From assembly GCA_015069165.1 (NCBI GenBank), contig SVJD01000002.1, positions 65,385 to 129,384 on the forward strand: a stretch of DNA of 64,000 nt. The letters run 5' to 3'. The notes under the pieces are model-generated. The model was given only the letters and a program-made list of their open reading frames with translations, ran no database searches and was not told the origin of the DNA. Positions within the stretch are counted from its first letter, which is position 1. Each line of letters opens with the position of its first letter. The position numbers were made by a program, and so were the translations under genes. Of the stretch, positions 29,501 through 37,490 are shown in pieces. This DNA is from Oscillospiraceae bacterium. Its GTDB lineage: Bacteria > Bacillota > Clostridia > UBA1212 > UBA1255.

Positions 29501-29909
29501 CGACAAATGTATTCTTTCTTACGAGGCAAGTGGTCTTGATAACATTACAACAAATGGTGTACTTGCAGCATTAGAATTTGCTGTTAATAAAAATGCAACA
29601 GTTGACAGTTTTGTAAATATTTCGCTTTCATACAATGCTGGTGACATTATTAATGTAAATTTTGATGATGTAAAAGTTGCCATTGTTCCGGGCGGAATTA
29701 ATATTGCAGATTTTGTCTATGGTGATTTGAACAGCGATGGATTGGTCAACAAGAAAGATTCCTTGTTGATGAAAATGTATCTTGCTGACAATACAACAAC
29801 CATTGATATGCAAGCTGCGGATGTGTATGTTGATGGAAACATAAATAAAAAAGATTCACTCTATCTGAAACAGTACTTAGCCGGATTAGATGTTGAATTA
29901 GGTGCTTAA
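26598..29909 (+). CDS. Secreted multidomain protein: CHAP-like papain-fold domain, Cys-rich modules, Ig-like domain, PPC, Listeria-Bacteroides repeat, dockerin, Ig-like domain, 2x106-aa repeat, cohesin, C-terminal dockerin
   Basis: AAGGAG RBS and signal peptide. QCHGF...YHTFFV...GECN (Cys-His-Glu-x-Asn). YTVNYNANGGTG...YTFKGW...LYAVWK. Dockerin Ca loops GDVNQDGVLDNND/GDLDGDGTITMDD and GDLNSDGLVNKKD/DVYVDGNINKKD. Cohesin-like GKAGETVKVTVSMKNNPGIWGMDLVVNYDK...VAIVPGGINI. Confidence 0.8.
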   Translation: MKSKTKRIISLLLVVILVCSILPIQTVQVQAAGLSLQQLKDKFPQDAYWNGGNVDSYTWTPCASHSNCDYYGGCNCNSFSNAIQCHGFALKLGYDAFGTNPRNWSRAGAPYSYIDSLKPGDIVTSDSPYHTFFVIGVTSSSVTIGECNYGGRCRINWGRSINKATIAGYSGLAIYIAPATLNIDNHVHSYTSSVTTNPTCTSAGVRTYRCSCGSSYTESIAALGHDYTGDRLYETAHPHQISQRCVRYSSCGGFYWTGENYFLSDCSTCLAENPKQIHSSHSSASLSLGGADSQTIYFWSSGYYNGNCSYLWERSNSNILPIWGDWTEDNKLPLTITANSIGTTVLTVSIIDSDTEAVLSRKTINVTVGVSTSSLSVNTSNSATISTAGKMKYYEYTPSTSGTYVIYSTGSADTKVHLYNVSGTELDSNDDGGDNSNFRLEYNLTAGTKYIFGVKYYSSSTTGTIPFKFGNVYTVNYNANGGTGAPSSQKKDYGASITLSSTLPTRSGYTFKGWATSSSATSATYQPGDTYTANSSTTLYAVWKKVFYGDVNQDGVLDNNDILRMNKIRLGNVEATNWELFAGDLDGDGTITMDDIELLNAFILRKSTQFPVEQMKKMLMINTYPDKTDYCIGTQISTNGLSVILYYAETSECYYVTEYCDIVLPSTSSAGKKNVDISFGGLETQYQITVTSEHSYTYKTTKTPTTSATGILTGTCSKCSGTTTVTLPKLNTTDYGYQVTKSATCTATGTGRYTWKTTTYGSFYFDITIAKAAHSWKAATCTSAQTCSVCGTTSGSALGHSYNYKATKTPTTSATGTLTGTCSKCSGTTTATLPKLNTTDYSYSVRTAATCTGAGSGRYTWKTTTYGSFYFDVSISATGHNYSGGKCTRCGANDPNHVIDQNAPMIMVDTVNGKAGETVKVTVSMKNNPGIWGMDLVVNYDKTQLTLASVTNGTVFSSSEWTQGNLSGDKCILSYEASGLDNITTNGVLAALEFAVNKNATVDSFVNISLSYNAGDIINVNFDDVKVAIVPGGINIADFVYGDLNSDGLVNKKDSLLMKMYLADNTTTIDMQAADVYVDGNINKKDSLYLKQYLAGLDVELGA
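28677..29290 (+). repeat. Tandem intragenic repeat (2 x 318 bp, a 106-aa Cys-rich module)
   Basis: Copies start at 28677 (HSYTYKTTKTPTTSATG...) and 28995 (HSYNYKATKTPTTSATG...). They share an identical 39-nt run (tgacgggcacctgctcaaaatgctccggtacgactaccg). Confidence 0.9.
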
Positions 29910-29924
29910 AGGAGGCAATGAAAA

Positions 29925-32171
29925 ATGAAAAAAAGGCTTTTAGCACTCATACTTTCTTTAACGATGATTTTTGCTATGAGTGCTGTCAATATGTCAGCAA
30001 CGGAAACAACAGAACACACAATTACGATTGAAAATGTTGAAGCTGAAAGCGGAGAAGATGTCGCAATCAAAGTTATGATTGAGAACAATCCGGGTATATG
30101 GGGTATGGATTTAAAAATTTCATACGATAAATCAGCATTAACTCTTACAAGTGTTGATAATGGTGATTTTTATCAAGCATCTGAATGGACAAAAGGTAAT
30201 TTGAACGCGGATGTTTATATTCTTTCTTATGAGGCGGGTGGTTTAGATAATATCACTACTAAATCCGGTACTTTAGCTATTCTTAATTTCAAAGTAAGCG
30301 ATACCGCTGTAGCTGGTGATTACGCAGTAACCGCTTCTTGTAATGATGGTGATATTATCAATGTAAGTTTTGAAAATGTTCCATTTACCATTACAGGAGG
30401 TGGAGTAACTGTTAAAGCAAAACCTGTAACTGTCACAGGCGTAACCATTGACGAAACTTTGTCTCTCAAAACTGGCGAAACAAAGACCCCGGGCTACACC
30501 GTAAACCCTGCAGAAGCTACAAACAAAGCCGTTTCGTTTAAGTCTGACAATACCGATGTTGCAACTGTAAACGAGACCACCGGTGAGGTAACCGGTATCA
30601 AGGGAGGTACTACTACCATTACAGTAACCACCGCAGACGGTAACTTTACCGATACCTGCATAGTAACTGTTGCGTGCTCTCACGCAAACAAGACCCCCGT
30701 TGCAGAAAAGTCTTCCGACTGTAAGAACAAGGGTTGGGATGCTTATGTGAAATGTGACGATTGCGGTCAGCTCTTCGCTGAAAACGGCACTACCGAGATT
30801 GCCGAAATTCCCTTTCGCCAGCTCTCTGACCAACACACCGGAGGAACCGCAACTTGTACTAAACAGGCTGTTTGTACCGTGTGTAGCCAGTCTTACGGTG
30901 CTTTGACTTCTCATGATTATACTGCTGAAACGAAGAAAGCGGAAGCATTGAAAACTGCCGGTAACTGCCGTGATTATGCTGTTTACTACTATTCATGCTC
31001 TGCTTGCGGCAAAGTGGAAGATAAAGACAGCCATACTTTCAACGGCGATAAGGTTGCAGATAATCATATCGGCGGAACCACTCTTGTAAATCAGGCTGAA
31101 GCAAATCACAAAACACAGACCAACGGTTATACCGGTGATGCTAAATGCCTCGGCTGTGGCGAAATCATTGACTATGGTGAGACGATTCCGGCGGGGGCAC
31201 ATACTCCTGCTGATATTTGGTCTACTGATGGTGAGTATCACTGGAAAGAGTGTAATGTTGTTGGCTGTGGTATTGTAATTAATAATTCAAAGATTTCTCA
31301 TAGCTCTACAGGAGCAAATGTTGCTACTTGTCAAAAAAGAGCTGTCTGTGATGTTTGTGGCGTTTCCTATGGAGAAGTGGCAGACCACGATTGGAATACA
31401 ACTGCTTGGGAAAAAGATTCTACAGGTCACTGGCACGAATGCAATACTGTTGGTTGTACAGAAAAGAATGCTTTTGAGGGACATACACCTGATCACCAAG
31501 GTAATGCTACTGAAGAGTATGCTATAAAATGTACTGTTTGTCAGTATGAAATTGAAGCTCAACTCGGTCATACCCATGTGTTTGACAAAGAAGTTGCAGA
31601 GGAACAGTATATTGCAAGTAAGGCAAACTGCACTGATGCTGCAAAATACTATAAGTCTTGCAAGTGCGGAGAAAAAGGTACAGAAACTTTTGACTTTGGT
31701 GAAAAACTCGGTCATATTGAAGGTACTGCATGGGAGAAAGATTCTACAGGTCACTGGCATAAGTGCTCTATAGCCGGCTGTGGTGTAATTATCGAAAGCA
31801 GCAAAGCATTGCACACTCCTGATCGTGAAGCGGCTACAGAGAAAGATCCGATTAAGTGTTCTGTTTGTGGCTATGTAATTGCTCCTGCTATAGGTCATTC
31901 TCACGATTATAGCGGCGAGTGGAAGTCTGATAAGGGAATGCATTGGAATGAATGTTCTTGTGGTGAGGAGGCTAACAAAGCAGCTCACAAAGACGATAAC
32001 AAGGATGGTAAGTGTGATGCTTGCGGATACAATGTAGGTATTTCTACAGTTCCGAGCAATCCTCAAACCAGTGACAGTGATATGTTTTCTCTTTGGGGCA
32101 TTTTGCTCTGTGTCAGTGCTTTGGGTGTAGTTGGAATAATTTTAATTGGCAAAAAGAAATCTTTTAGATAA
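29925..32171 (+). CDS. Cell-surface cohesin protein: signal peptide, cohesin, Big_2 Ig-like domain, long Cys/His-rich repeat region, C-terminal sorting-signal-like anchor
   Basis: GGAGG RBS 15 nt after the upstream stop. Cohesin-like GEDVAIKVMIENNPGIWGMDLKISYDK...FTITGGGVTV. Big_2-like VTGVTIDETLSLKTGETKTPGYTVNPAEATNKAVSFKSDNTDVATVN. C-terminus NPQTSDSD + hydrophobic helix + KKKSFR. Confidence 0.8.
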   Translation: MKKRLLALILSLTMIFAMSAVNMSATETTEHTITIENVEAESGEDVAIKVMIENNPGIWGMDLKISYDKSALTLTSVDNGDFYQASEWTKGNLNADVYILSYEAGGLDNITTKSGTLAILNFKVSDTAVAGDYAVTASCNDGDIINVSFENVPFTITGGGVTVKAKPVTVTGVTIDETLSLKTGETKTPGYTVNPAEATNKAVSFKSDNTDVATVNETTGEVTGIKGGTTTITVTTADGNFTDTCIVTVACSHANKTPVAEKSSDCKNKGWDAYVKCDDCGQLFAENGTTEIAEIPFRQLSDQHTGGTATCTKQAVCTVCSQSYGALTSHDYTAETKKAEALKTAGNCRDYAVYYYSCSACGKVEDKDSHTFNGDKVADNHIGGTTLVNQAEANHKTQTNGYTGDAKCLGCGEIIDYGETIPAGAHTPADIWSTDGEYHWKECNVVGCGIVINNSKISHSSTGANVATCQKRAVCDVCGVSYGEVADHDWNTTAWEKDSTGHWHECNTVGCTEKNAFEGHTPDHQGNATEEYAIKCTVCQYEIEAQLGHTHVFDKEVAEEQYIASKANCTDAAKYYKSCKCGEKGTETFDFGEKLGHIEGTAWEKDSTGHWHKCSIAGCGVIIESSKALHTPDREAATEKDPIKCSVCGYVIAPAIGHSHDYSGEWKSDKGMHWNECSCGEEANKAAHKDDNKDGKCDACGYNVGISTVPSNPQTSDSDMFSLWGILLCVSALGVVGIILIGKKKSFR

Positions 32172-32192
32172 TAAACAATACATTAAGTATTT

Positions 32193-32224
32193 GGTGGTGA
32201 CGTTTTTGTGTCACCACCTTTATT
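32193..32224 (+). terminator. Rho-independent terminator of the surface operon
   Basis: GGTGGTGAC-gtttttgt-GTCACCACC followed by TTTATT. Confidence 0.65.
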
Positions 32225-32257
32225 AAATAAGGAATGTTTCATGCAAGGTGAGTAAAT

Positions 32258-32794
32258 GTGAGCGGCGATAATATAGACAACGCAAAAACTACTGAAAATT
32301 TTCATCGGCTACACTCCTCTCGCGGAATATCTCGTCGCAGAGCAAGAGGTCAAGTACACAGGTATTCGTTAAATGAAAAAGATAGAATTCGTAGGGCGAT
32401 TAAGCGTAAAAAACAACGTATTATTCGTATGTGGTTTATCATTGGTTGCGTGATGGTGTTGCTTGTGGCGATTGTTGCTCTTATCTGCAAATATTGTGTG
32501 AGGGAACAGAAAAGGAATACAGAGCTTGCAGGAGTGTGGCATTACGACCAATACACGGAGTATGAATTTGATGGGAAGGGCAAAGGCTGTATGTGCCTTG
32601 ATGGAAACAATCACTTTGAATTTACCTACAAGACAGAGGGTACTGCTCTCTATCTTGATTTTATTTTGGATTATGTAACTGATTGTCAGTACAGTTACAA
32701 CATTGAGGGAGAAAAACTGACTCTTGTAGGCGGTGAAGGTACTGCGGAAGTTGGCAAGAAATATGAATTGACAAAAATTCTTTTAGATAAATAG
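32258..32794 (+). CDS. Hypothetical type-II membrane protein (basic N-terminus, one TM, small beta-rich ectodomain)
   Basis: GTG start after AAGGTGAG. TM helix MWFIIGCVMVLLVAIVALI. No recognisable catalytic motif. Confidence 0.5.
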   Translation: MSGDNIDNAKTTENFHRLHSSRGISRRRARGQVHRYSLNEKDRIRRAIKRKKQRIIRMWFIIGCVMVLLVAIVALICKYCVREQKRNTELAGVWHYDQYTEYEFDGKGKGCMCLDGNNHFEFTYKTEGTALYLDFILDYVTDCQYSYNIEGEKLTLVGGEGTAEVGKKYELTKILLDK

Positions 32795-32802
32795 TTTTTG
32801 AA

Positions 32803-33075
32803 TTGAATACAAATCAAAAAAACGGAGGTAATAACAACTTAGCAGTTACAACGAAAGATAAAGTTTTTTTGTTGAGCGTAGAGGAAGTTGAACAATATTT
32901 TAATACGCAAATTGCTCGACAATTTGATAGTTATAATTGGTGGTTGAGAACGCCGGGAAACCCAAAAAATACTGTTGCTTATGTAGATGATAGAGGAAAT
33001 ATCAATGAAGATGGCAGGAATGTTAAAGTTTTGACTGCTGTTCGCCCGGCGATGTGGATTGATTTGAATTCTTGA
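32803..33075 (+). pseudogene. C-terminal fragment of a DUF6273-type protein (probable gene remnant)
   Basis: FLLSVEEVEQYF...WWLRTPG...VRPAMWIDL matches only the last ~70 aa of the intact paralog at 36408..37391 (VYLPSADEFNKYF...WWLRETG...VRPIISV). Non-ATG start, no signal peptide and no N-terminal half. Confidence 0.55.
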
Positions 33076-33107
33076 TTTGTAATGAAGTATATCGAAAATC
33101 TGTGTGG

Positions 33108-33139
33108 GATACGCTTGCAATATTGCAGGCGTATCTTTT
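33108..33139 (+). terminator. Terminator-like hairpin
   Basis: GATACGC...TGCAATATTGCA...GCGTATC followed by TTTT. Confidence 0.5.
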
Positions 33140-33390
33140 CATATGAAGCTCTATTTTTGCATTCAGTGTTATTTGAAGAAATAACTGAATAAAATTTTGG
33201 TTACAGAAAAAATCTCTTGAAGGACAAAAACAATTCCATGAACAACTTAATCACTTTACTTATGCTGAAATTTATGATACACTTTTCGAGCAAAAACGAT
33301 ATGTAATATATTTTTCAAAATACATTTACAATATAACAAGGATTGTATAGTAGATAATTGTTTTTTACTTATGAAAGTGAGGGAGTAAAT

Positions 33391-34368
33391 ATGGACGGTA
33401 ATGATTTATCTGCAAAAAAAGCTTATGGCAGAATAGGCGTAGCATTGGCAGTAGTATGTATCTCATCTATTGTTATGCAGATTTTGGCCGGAATTATAGT
33501 TGGCGTCATAACGCAAAAAAGTAATTTGTTTGATGAAAACGGTTGGCTGAAATGGGTAGCGACATTTTTACCTGTTTATGCGTCGTTTATAATGGGAATT
33601 TTAATTATGAAAAAGATTCCGAAAGATGGATGTGAAAGCGTTAAATTAGGAACGAAGAATTTCTTTGTTATCATGCTTTGCTGTTTTCCTATTACGTACG
33701 GAGGCAATATAATTGGTACGCTTTTGTCGGAATTTTTGTCCGGCGGCAGTGCTGAGAATGGATTAAATGAATTTGCTTTTGATAACAACCCGCTAAAAAT
33801 AATTGTAATAGTGATTTTGGCACCGTTATTGGAAGAATTGTTTTTCAGAAAACAAATAATAGACAGATGCGCTCGTTATGGTGAGAAAACAGCAATTTTG
33901 TTTTCTGCGCTGGCTTTTGGTTTGTTTCATATGAATTTATTTCAATTTTTCTATGCTTTCGGTTTGGGGTTAGTTTTTGCGTATACATATATAAGAACTC
34001 GTAAGCTGCGTTATTCTCTAATTATGCATATGGTAATAAATTTTATGGGTTCGGTAATAGCTCCTGCTATTTTATCGTCACTTGATATGGAAACAATAGA
34101 TAAAATGTCAACAGGTACAGTCAGTGATGCGGAAATTCTTCAAGTATTACCGCAGATTTTAGGCCTTTTGTTATATGTTTTTTCTTTGCTCGGATTAAGT
34201 ATTGCAGGTCTTGTTGTGCTTATTGTAATGATACGAAAACTTGTATTTTTACCAAAAGAGCAAGAAATTGAAAAAGGTAAATGTTTTAAAACAGTATATT
34301 GCAATATAGGTGTAATTCTGTTTGTTTTATTTTGCGTTGCAATGTGTGTATTAGCTTTAATTATATAG
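33391..34368 (+). CDS. CPBP-family intramembrane glutamic endopeptidase (CAAX protease/Abi family)
   Basis: GAGGGAG RBS. Polytopic protein with the three family motifs: LLEELFFRK (EExxxR), FGLFH (FxxxH), HMVINF (HxxxN). Confidence 0.85.
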   Translation: MDGNDLSAKKAYGRIGVALAVVCISSIVMQILAGIIVGVITQKSNLFDENGWLKWVATFLPVYASFIMGILIMKKIPKDGCESVKLGTKNFFVIMLCCFPITYGGNIIGTLLSEFLSGGSAENGLNEFAFDNNPLKIIVIVILAPLLEELFFRKQIIDRCARYGEKTAILFSALAFGLFHMNLFQFFYAFGLGLVFAYTYIRTRKLRYSLIMHMVINFMGSVIAPAILSSLDMETIDKMSTGTVSDAEILQVLPQILGLLLYVFSLLGLSIAGLVVLIVMIRKLVFLPKEQEIEKGKCFKTVYCNIGVILFVLFCVAMCVLALII

Positions 34369-34382
34369 GAGGTAAAAAAACG

Positions 34383-34679
34383 ATGGAAGAAAATAATATT
34401 TTTCAAGAGCCAAAAGAAATAACAGTTGAGGAAGGTGGTAAAAAACCTTTAGATACTACAGCTTTAGTGCTGGGTATTGTGGCAATTGCCGCAGCATTGT
34501 TCATTCCGCTCATTTCGTATGCTTGCGGAATTATCGGTCTTATATTTTCAATTAAGCACCGCAAAGAAAAAAGAACAAAAGCTGCATTGATTCTCTGTAT
34601 AATCGGACTTATTTGTGGCCTTGCTTCCCATGTTTATTCCATGATTGTAATACTTGGAACATTAGAAACTATAATATAA
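34383..34679 (+). CDS. Small two-TM membrane protein (DUF4190-like)
   Basis: GGAGG RBS 8 nt upstream of the ATG at 34383. Two hydrophobic helices separated by KHRKEKRTK. Confidence 0.55.
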   Translation: MEENNIFQEPKEITVEEGGKKPLDTTALVLGIVAIAAALFIPLISYACGIIGLIFSIKHRKEKRTKAALILCIIGLICGLASHVYSMIVILGTLETII

Positions 34680-34695
34680 TAGTTCTAAAAAAAAG

Positions 34696-34725
34696 CGCCG
34701 GCAAGATTGCCGGCGTTCTTTTTTT
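34696..34725. terminator. Bidirectional Rho-independent terminator
   Basis: CGCCGGCA-agat-TGCCGGCG flanked by an A-run upstream and a T-run downstream. It lies between convergent genes. Confidence 0.8.
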
Positions 34726-34757
34726 CTATACAATTGTTTTTTGAAAGAAAAGGTGGT

Positions 34758-36236
34758 TTAAAGAATTATACAAATCAGACCGCCGCTGCCTTCATTTATT
34801 ACGCGCTGAATTGTCTCTTGGAGCTTAACGCGCTCTTCGTCGGGGATTCTGTTCAATTTGCTCTGCAAACCCTCTCCCATAAGCTCGTTAAGCGGTTTTC
34901 CGAATAAATTCGAAGTCCAAATAGCCTCCGGCTTATCTTCAAACTCGTTTAATATGTAATTAACCAATTCCTCAGATTGTTTCTCTGTACCCACAAAAGG
35001 TGCAATTTCCGTTTCTATATCGGCTTTAATCATGTGAATAGACGGTGCGTGAGCGCGAAGCCTTACCCCGAAACGATTTCCTTGTTTTACAATTTCAGGC
35101 TCTTCCAAATGCATCTCTTCCATGGTAGGCATTACAATTCCGTAGCCTTTAAGTTCTACTTCACGAAGGGCAGTTTCAAGTCTTTCATGTTCGCGCTTGA
35201 TACGGCCCAAATCGCGAATCATTGAAATGAGAGCTTTGTCGTCAGTAATGTCAAGGCCCGAACGTTCCGACAAAATGTTATAAAAAAGCTCGTCGGGAAG
35301 CTGCAAATCAATTAAAGAATAACCGCTGCCGGCATCAATGGTAGACACAAAAACTTTCTTTATAAAAGGAAAATTTGCCAATTTATCCACGCAAGAATTG
35401 ATGTGACGGACTTTTGAGGCAGGCTCAAAAGACTCTTTAATGGCATCGGTAAGAGATGCCTTAAGCTCTTCATTATAATCAAGACTAACCATCCAAGACG
35501 GAATATTAATGGCAATTTCGCAAATAGGAAACTCATATAATAAAGTTTGCATTATATCGTTAATGTCATCTTGCGACATTGTACTGCAATTTACGGGAAG
35601 AACAGGAACACCATAGCTTTCCGACAGTTTTGATTTAAGCACATGAACTTCTTCTGAATTCGGGTCTGTGCAGTTTAAAAGAATGGCAAAAGGTTTGCCG
35701 GTGTTCTTAATTTCATCAATAACTCGTGCTTCGGCTTCTTCGTATTCACTGCGCGGAATATCGGTAATGCTGCCGTCTGTGGTGATGACGAGACCAATTG
35801 TAGAGTGTTCGGTGATTACTTTCTTTGTGCCCAATTCTGCAGCCTGACCGAAAGGAATTTTTTCCTCAAACCAAGGCGTATCGACCATACGGGGCGCATC
35901 GTTTTCCAAATGCCCCAAAGCAGCCGGAACCAAGTAACCGACACAATCCACCAGGCGCACCCGTAAGTTGATGTTGCCGTCTATTGTAATGTTTGCCGCT
36001 TCATTCGGAATGAATTTCGGTTCTGTCGTCATTATGGTTTTGCCGGAAGCACTTTGGGGCAATTCGTCAATTGCACGGTCACGCTCGAAAGTGTCTGTGA
36101 TATTGGGAATGACCAATAAATCCATAAATCTTTTAATAAAAGTAGACTTTCCCGTGCGTACGGGGCCTACGACACCAATATAAATATCTCCGTTAGTTCT
36201 TTGCGCTATTTGCTGGTAAATATCAAATCTATCCAC
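34758..36236 (-). CDS. spoIVA: Stage IV sporulation protein A (spore coat morphogenetic ATPase)
   Basis: N-terminus MDRFDIYQQIAQRTNGDIYIGVVGPVRTGKSTFIKRFM (Walker A) is diagnostic. 492 aa. Confidence 0.95.
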   Translation of the reverse strand: MDRFDIYQQIAQRTNGDIYIGVVGPVRTGKSTFIKRFMDLLVIPNITDTFERDRAIDELPQSASGKTIMTTEPKFIPNEAANITIDGNINLRVRLVDCVGYLVPAALGHLENDAPRMVDTPWFEEKIPFGQAAELGTKKVITEHSTIGLVITTDGSITDIPRSEYEEAEARVIDEIKNTGKPFAILLNCTDPNSEEVHVLKSKLSESYGVPVLPVNCSTMSQDDINDIMQTLLYEFPICEIAINIPSWMVSLDYNEELKASLTDAIKESFEPASKVRHINSCVDKLANFPFIKKVFVSTIDAGSGYSLIDLQLPDELFYNILSERSGLDITDDKALISMIRDLGRIKREHERLETALREVELKGYGIVMPTMEEMHLEEPEIVKQGNRFGVRLRAHAPSIHMIKADIETEIAPFVGTEKQSEELVNYILNEFEDKPEAIWTSNLFGKPLNELMGEGLQSKLNRIPDEERVKLQETIQRVINEGSGGLICIIL

Positions 36237-36407
36237 TGAAAGACCTCCTTGTTAAATAGTAACCCTGTAGTCGCTGCGGTTTACAAAATCAGTATATGAA
36301 CAGACTACAGATTTAATACTAAATTTTTTATTTTTTATTGACATCATATTTAATTGAAGGTATACTTCATAGGTGTATTATTGTGTTATCTATTGGGAGG
36401 CAAATTT

Positions 36408-37391
36408 ATGATACGTAGAAAAGTATTGCCTGTAATTTTGGTAGTTGTAATGGCTATGACTGCACTTTTGCTTACAGGATGTAATGAAACAACGCTCGGT
36501 ACATCAAACTGGACAACAAACGGCGGAGACCCTTCTTTAACAAAACAAGAAGAAGTTGCCGATGATAAACTTGTAGAGTTTGGTATGTATCCTCAGACAA
36601 AGGCTGCTGCAGACGTACAGAGCACAATTAAATCTAATGTTAAAATCGATCCCGAAACAGGCTTGTGGACAGAGTTCAATGATGAGAAAGCTTCTGCAAG
36701 ATACGATCTTGAAACAGGATATTTTGTATATCAGGCTAAAGTTGAAGGTGAAGCTCAAGCAGAGCAGTATTATATGATGTGTGGAGAGAACCTTTATCTC
36801 GTAGAACCCATCAAATGGATTGTTCTTGAAACATCAGGCAGTGAAAGCCTTCTTATTTCAAGCAAAATTTTAGATGGCGGCAGAAAGTATAACAACCTCT
36901 ACGGCGAGTGTACATGGGCAGAGTCTTCCATGCGTGATTGGCTTAATGGTACGGATGATTACGATATAAACAATGGAGCTAATTATAAAGAAGAACTCAA
37001 TTTCTTAAACAGAGCTTTCAATGAAACAGAAATTGCTGCATTAAAGAAAGTGTCTTTGTCTTGCAAAGATAACGATACATATAAAACAGACGGCGGAGAA
37101 GATACTCAGGATTTGGTTTATTTGCCTTCTGCAGACGAGTTCAATAAATATTTTACAAAGGAAAGCGGTCTTAACTCCATGGCATACGGCACAAATTATG
37201 CTGAAGGAAGAGGTCTTGCTACAGATAAAAACAAAGCCGGAATATGGTGGCTCAGAGAAACCGGCGCCAAAACATTTATGTTGGCTGTAGATCGTTCGGG
37301 AAATATCACTGAAGGCGGCTATGCTGTAAGCGATGTTTCAGCAGGTGTACGTCCCATAATCAGCGTATCAACATCGGCTCTCAAAAAATAA
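36408..37391 (+). CDS. DUF6273-domain lipoprotein
   Basis: GGGAGG RBS. Lipobox LLTGC. KWIVLE...SWAESSMRDWLNG...WWLRETG...VRPIISV. Confidence 0.65.
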   Translation: MIRRKVLPVILVVVMAMTALLLTGCNETTLGTSNWTTNGGDPSLTKQEEVADDKLVEFGMYPQTKAAADVQSTIKSNVKIDPETGLWTEFNDEKASARYDLETGYFVYQAKVEGEAQAEQYYMMCGENLYLVEPIKWIVLETSGSESLLISSKILDGGRKYNNLYGECTWAESSMRDWLNGTDDYDINNGANYKEELNFLNRAFNETEIAALKKVSLSCKDNDTYKTDGGEDTQDLVYLPSADEFNKYFTKESGLNSMAYGTNYAEGRGLATDKNKAGIWWLRETGAKTFMLAVDRSGNITEGGYAVSDVSAGVRPIISVSTSALKK

Positions 37392-37424
37392 ATAAAAATT
37401 TTTCGAAAAATTTGAAAAATACTA

Positions 37425-37453
37425 TTGACAACACCTGTTTAGTGATGTATTAT
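37425..37453 (+). promoter_or_regulatory. SigA-type promoter of tRNA-Lys
   Basis: TTGACA (37425..37430), a 17-nt spacer, then TATTAT (37448..37453), about 37 nt before the tRNA 5' end. Confidence 0.6.
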
Positions 37454-37490
37454 ATGCAAGCGCTTTGCGAAAACGAAGCACTTGCGACAT

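Noticed and set aside
30273-32066. Long minus-strand ORFs (213 aa and 259 aa) inside the cohesin anchor gene
   Set aside because: They are antisense shadows of a strongly supported + strand gene with recognisable domains. They have no RBS and no recognisable sequence.
33189-33350. Stop-free frame of about 53 codons (IKFWLQKKSLEGQKQFHEQLNHFTYAEIYDTLFEQKRYVIYFSKYIYNITRIV) in the gap before the CPBP gene
   Set aside because: It has no start codon or RBS, is too short, and I cannot recognise the family. It may be a gene relic but is not supportable as a feature.
36265-36310. 8-bp inverted repeat (CTGTAGTC/GACTACAG) and a CATATACT -10-like box upstream of spoIVA, as a possible SigE promoter or operator
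   Set aside because: The repeat is short enough to occur by chance, and the -35 region does not convincingly match the SigE consensus. Noted only.
37396-37413. 18-bp AT-only palindrome AAATTTTTCGAAAAATTT after the DUF6273 gene
   Set aside because: It has a single C-G pair and is too weak to call a terminator or operator.
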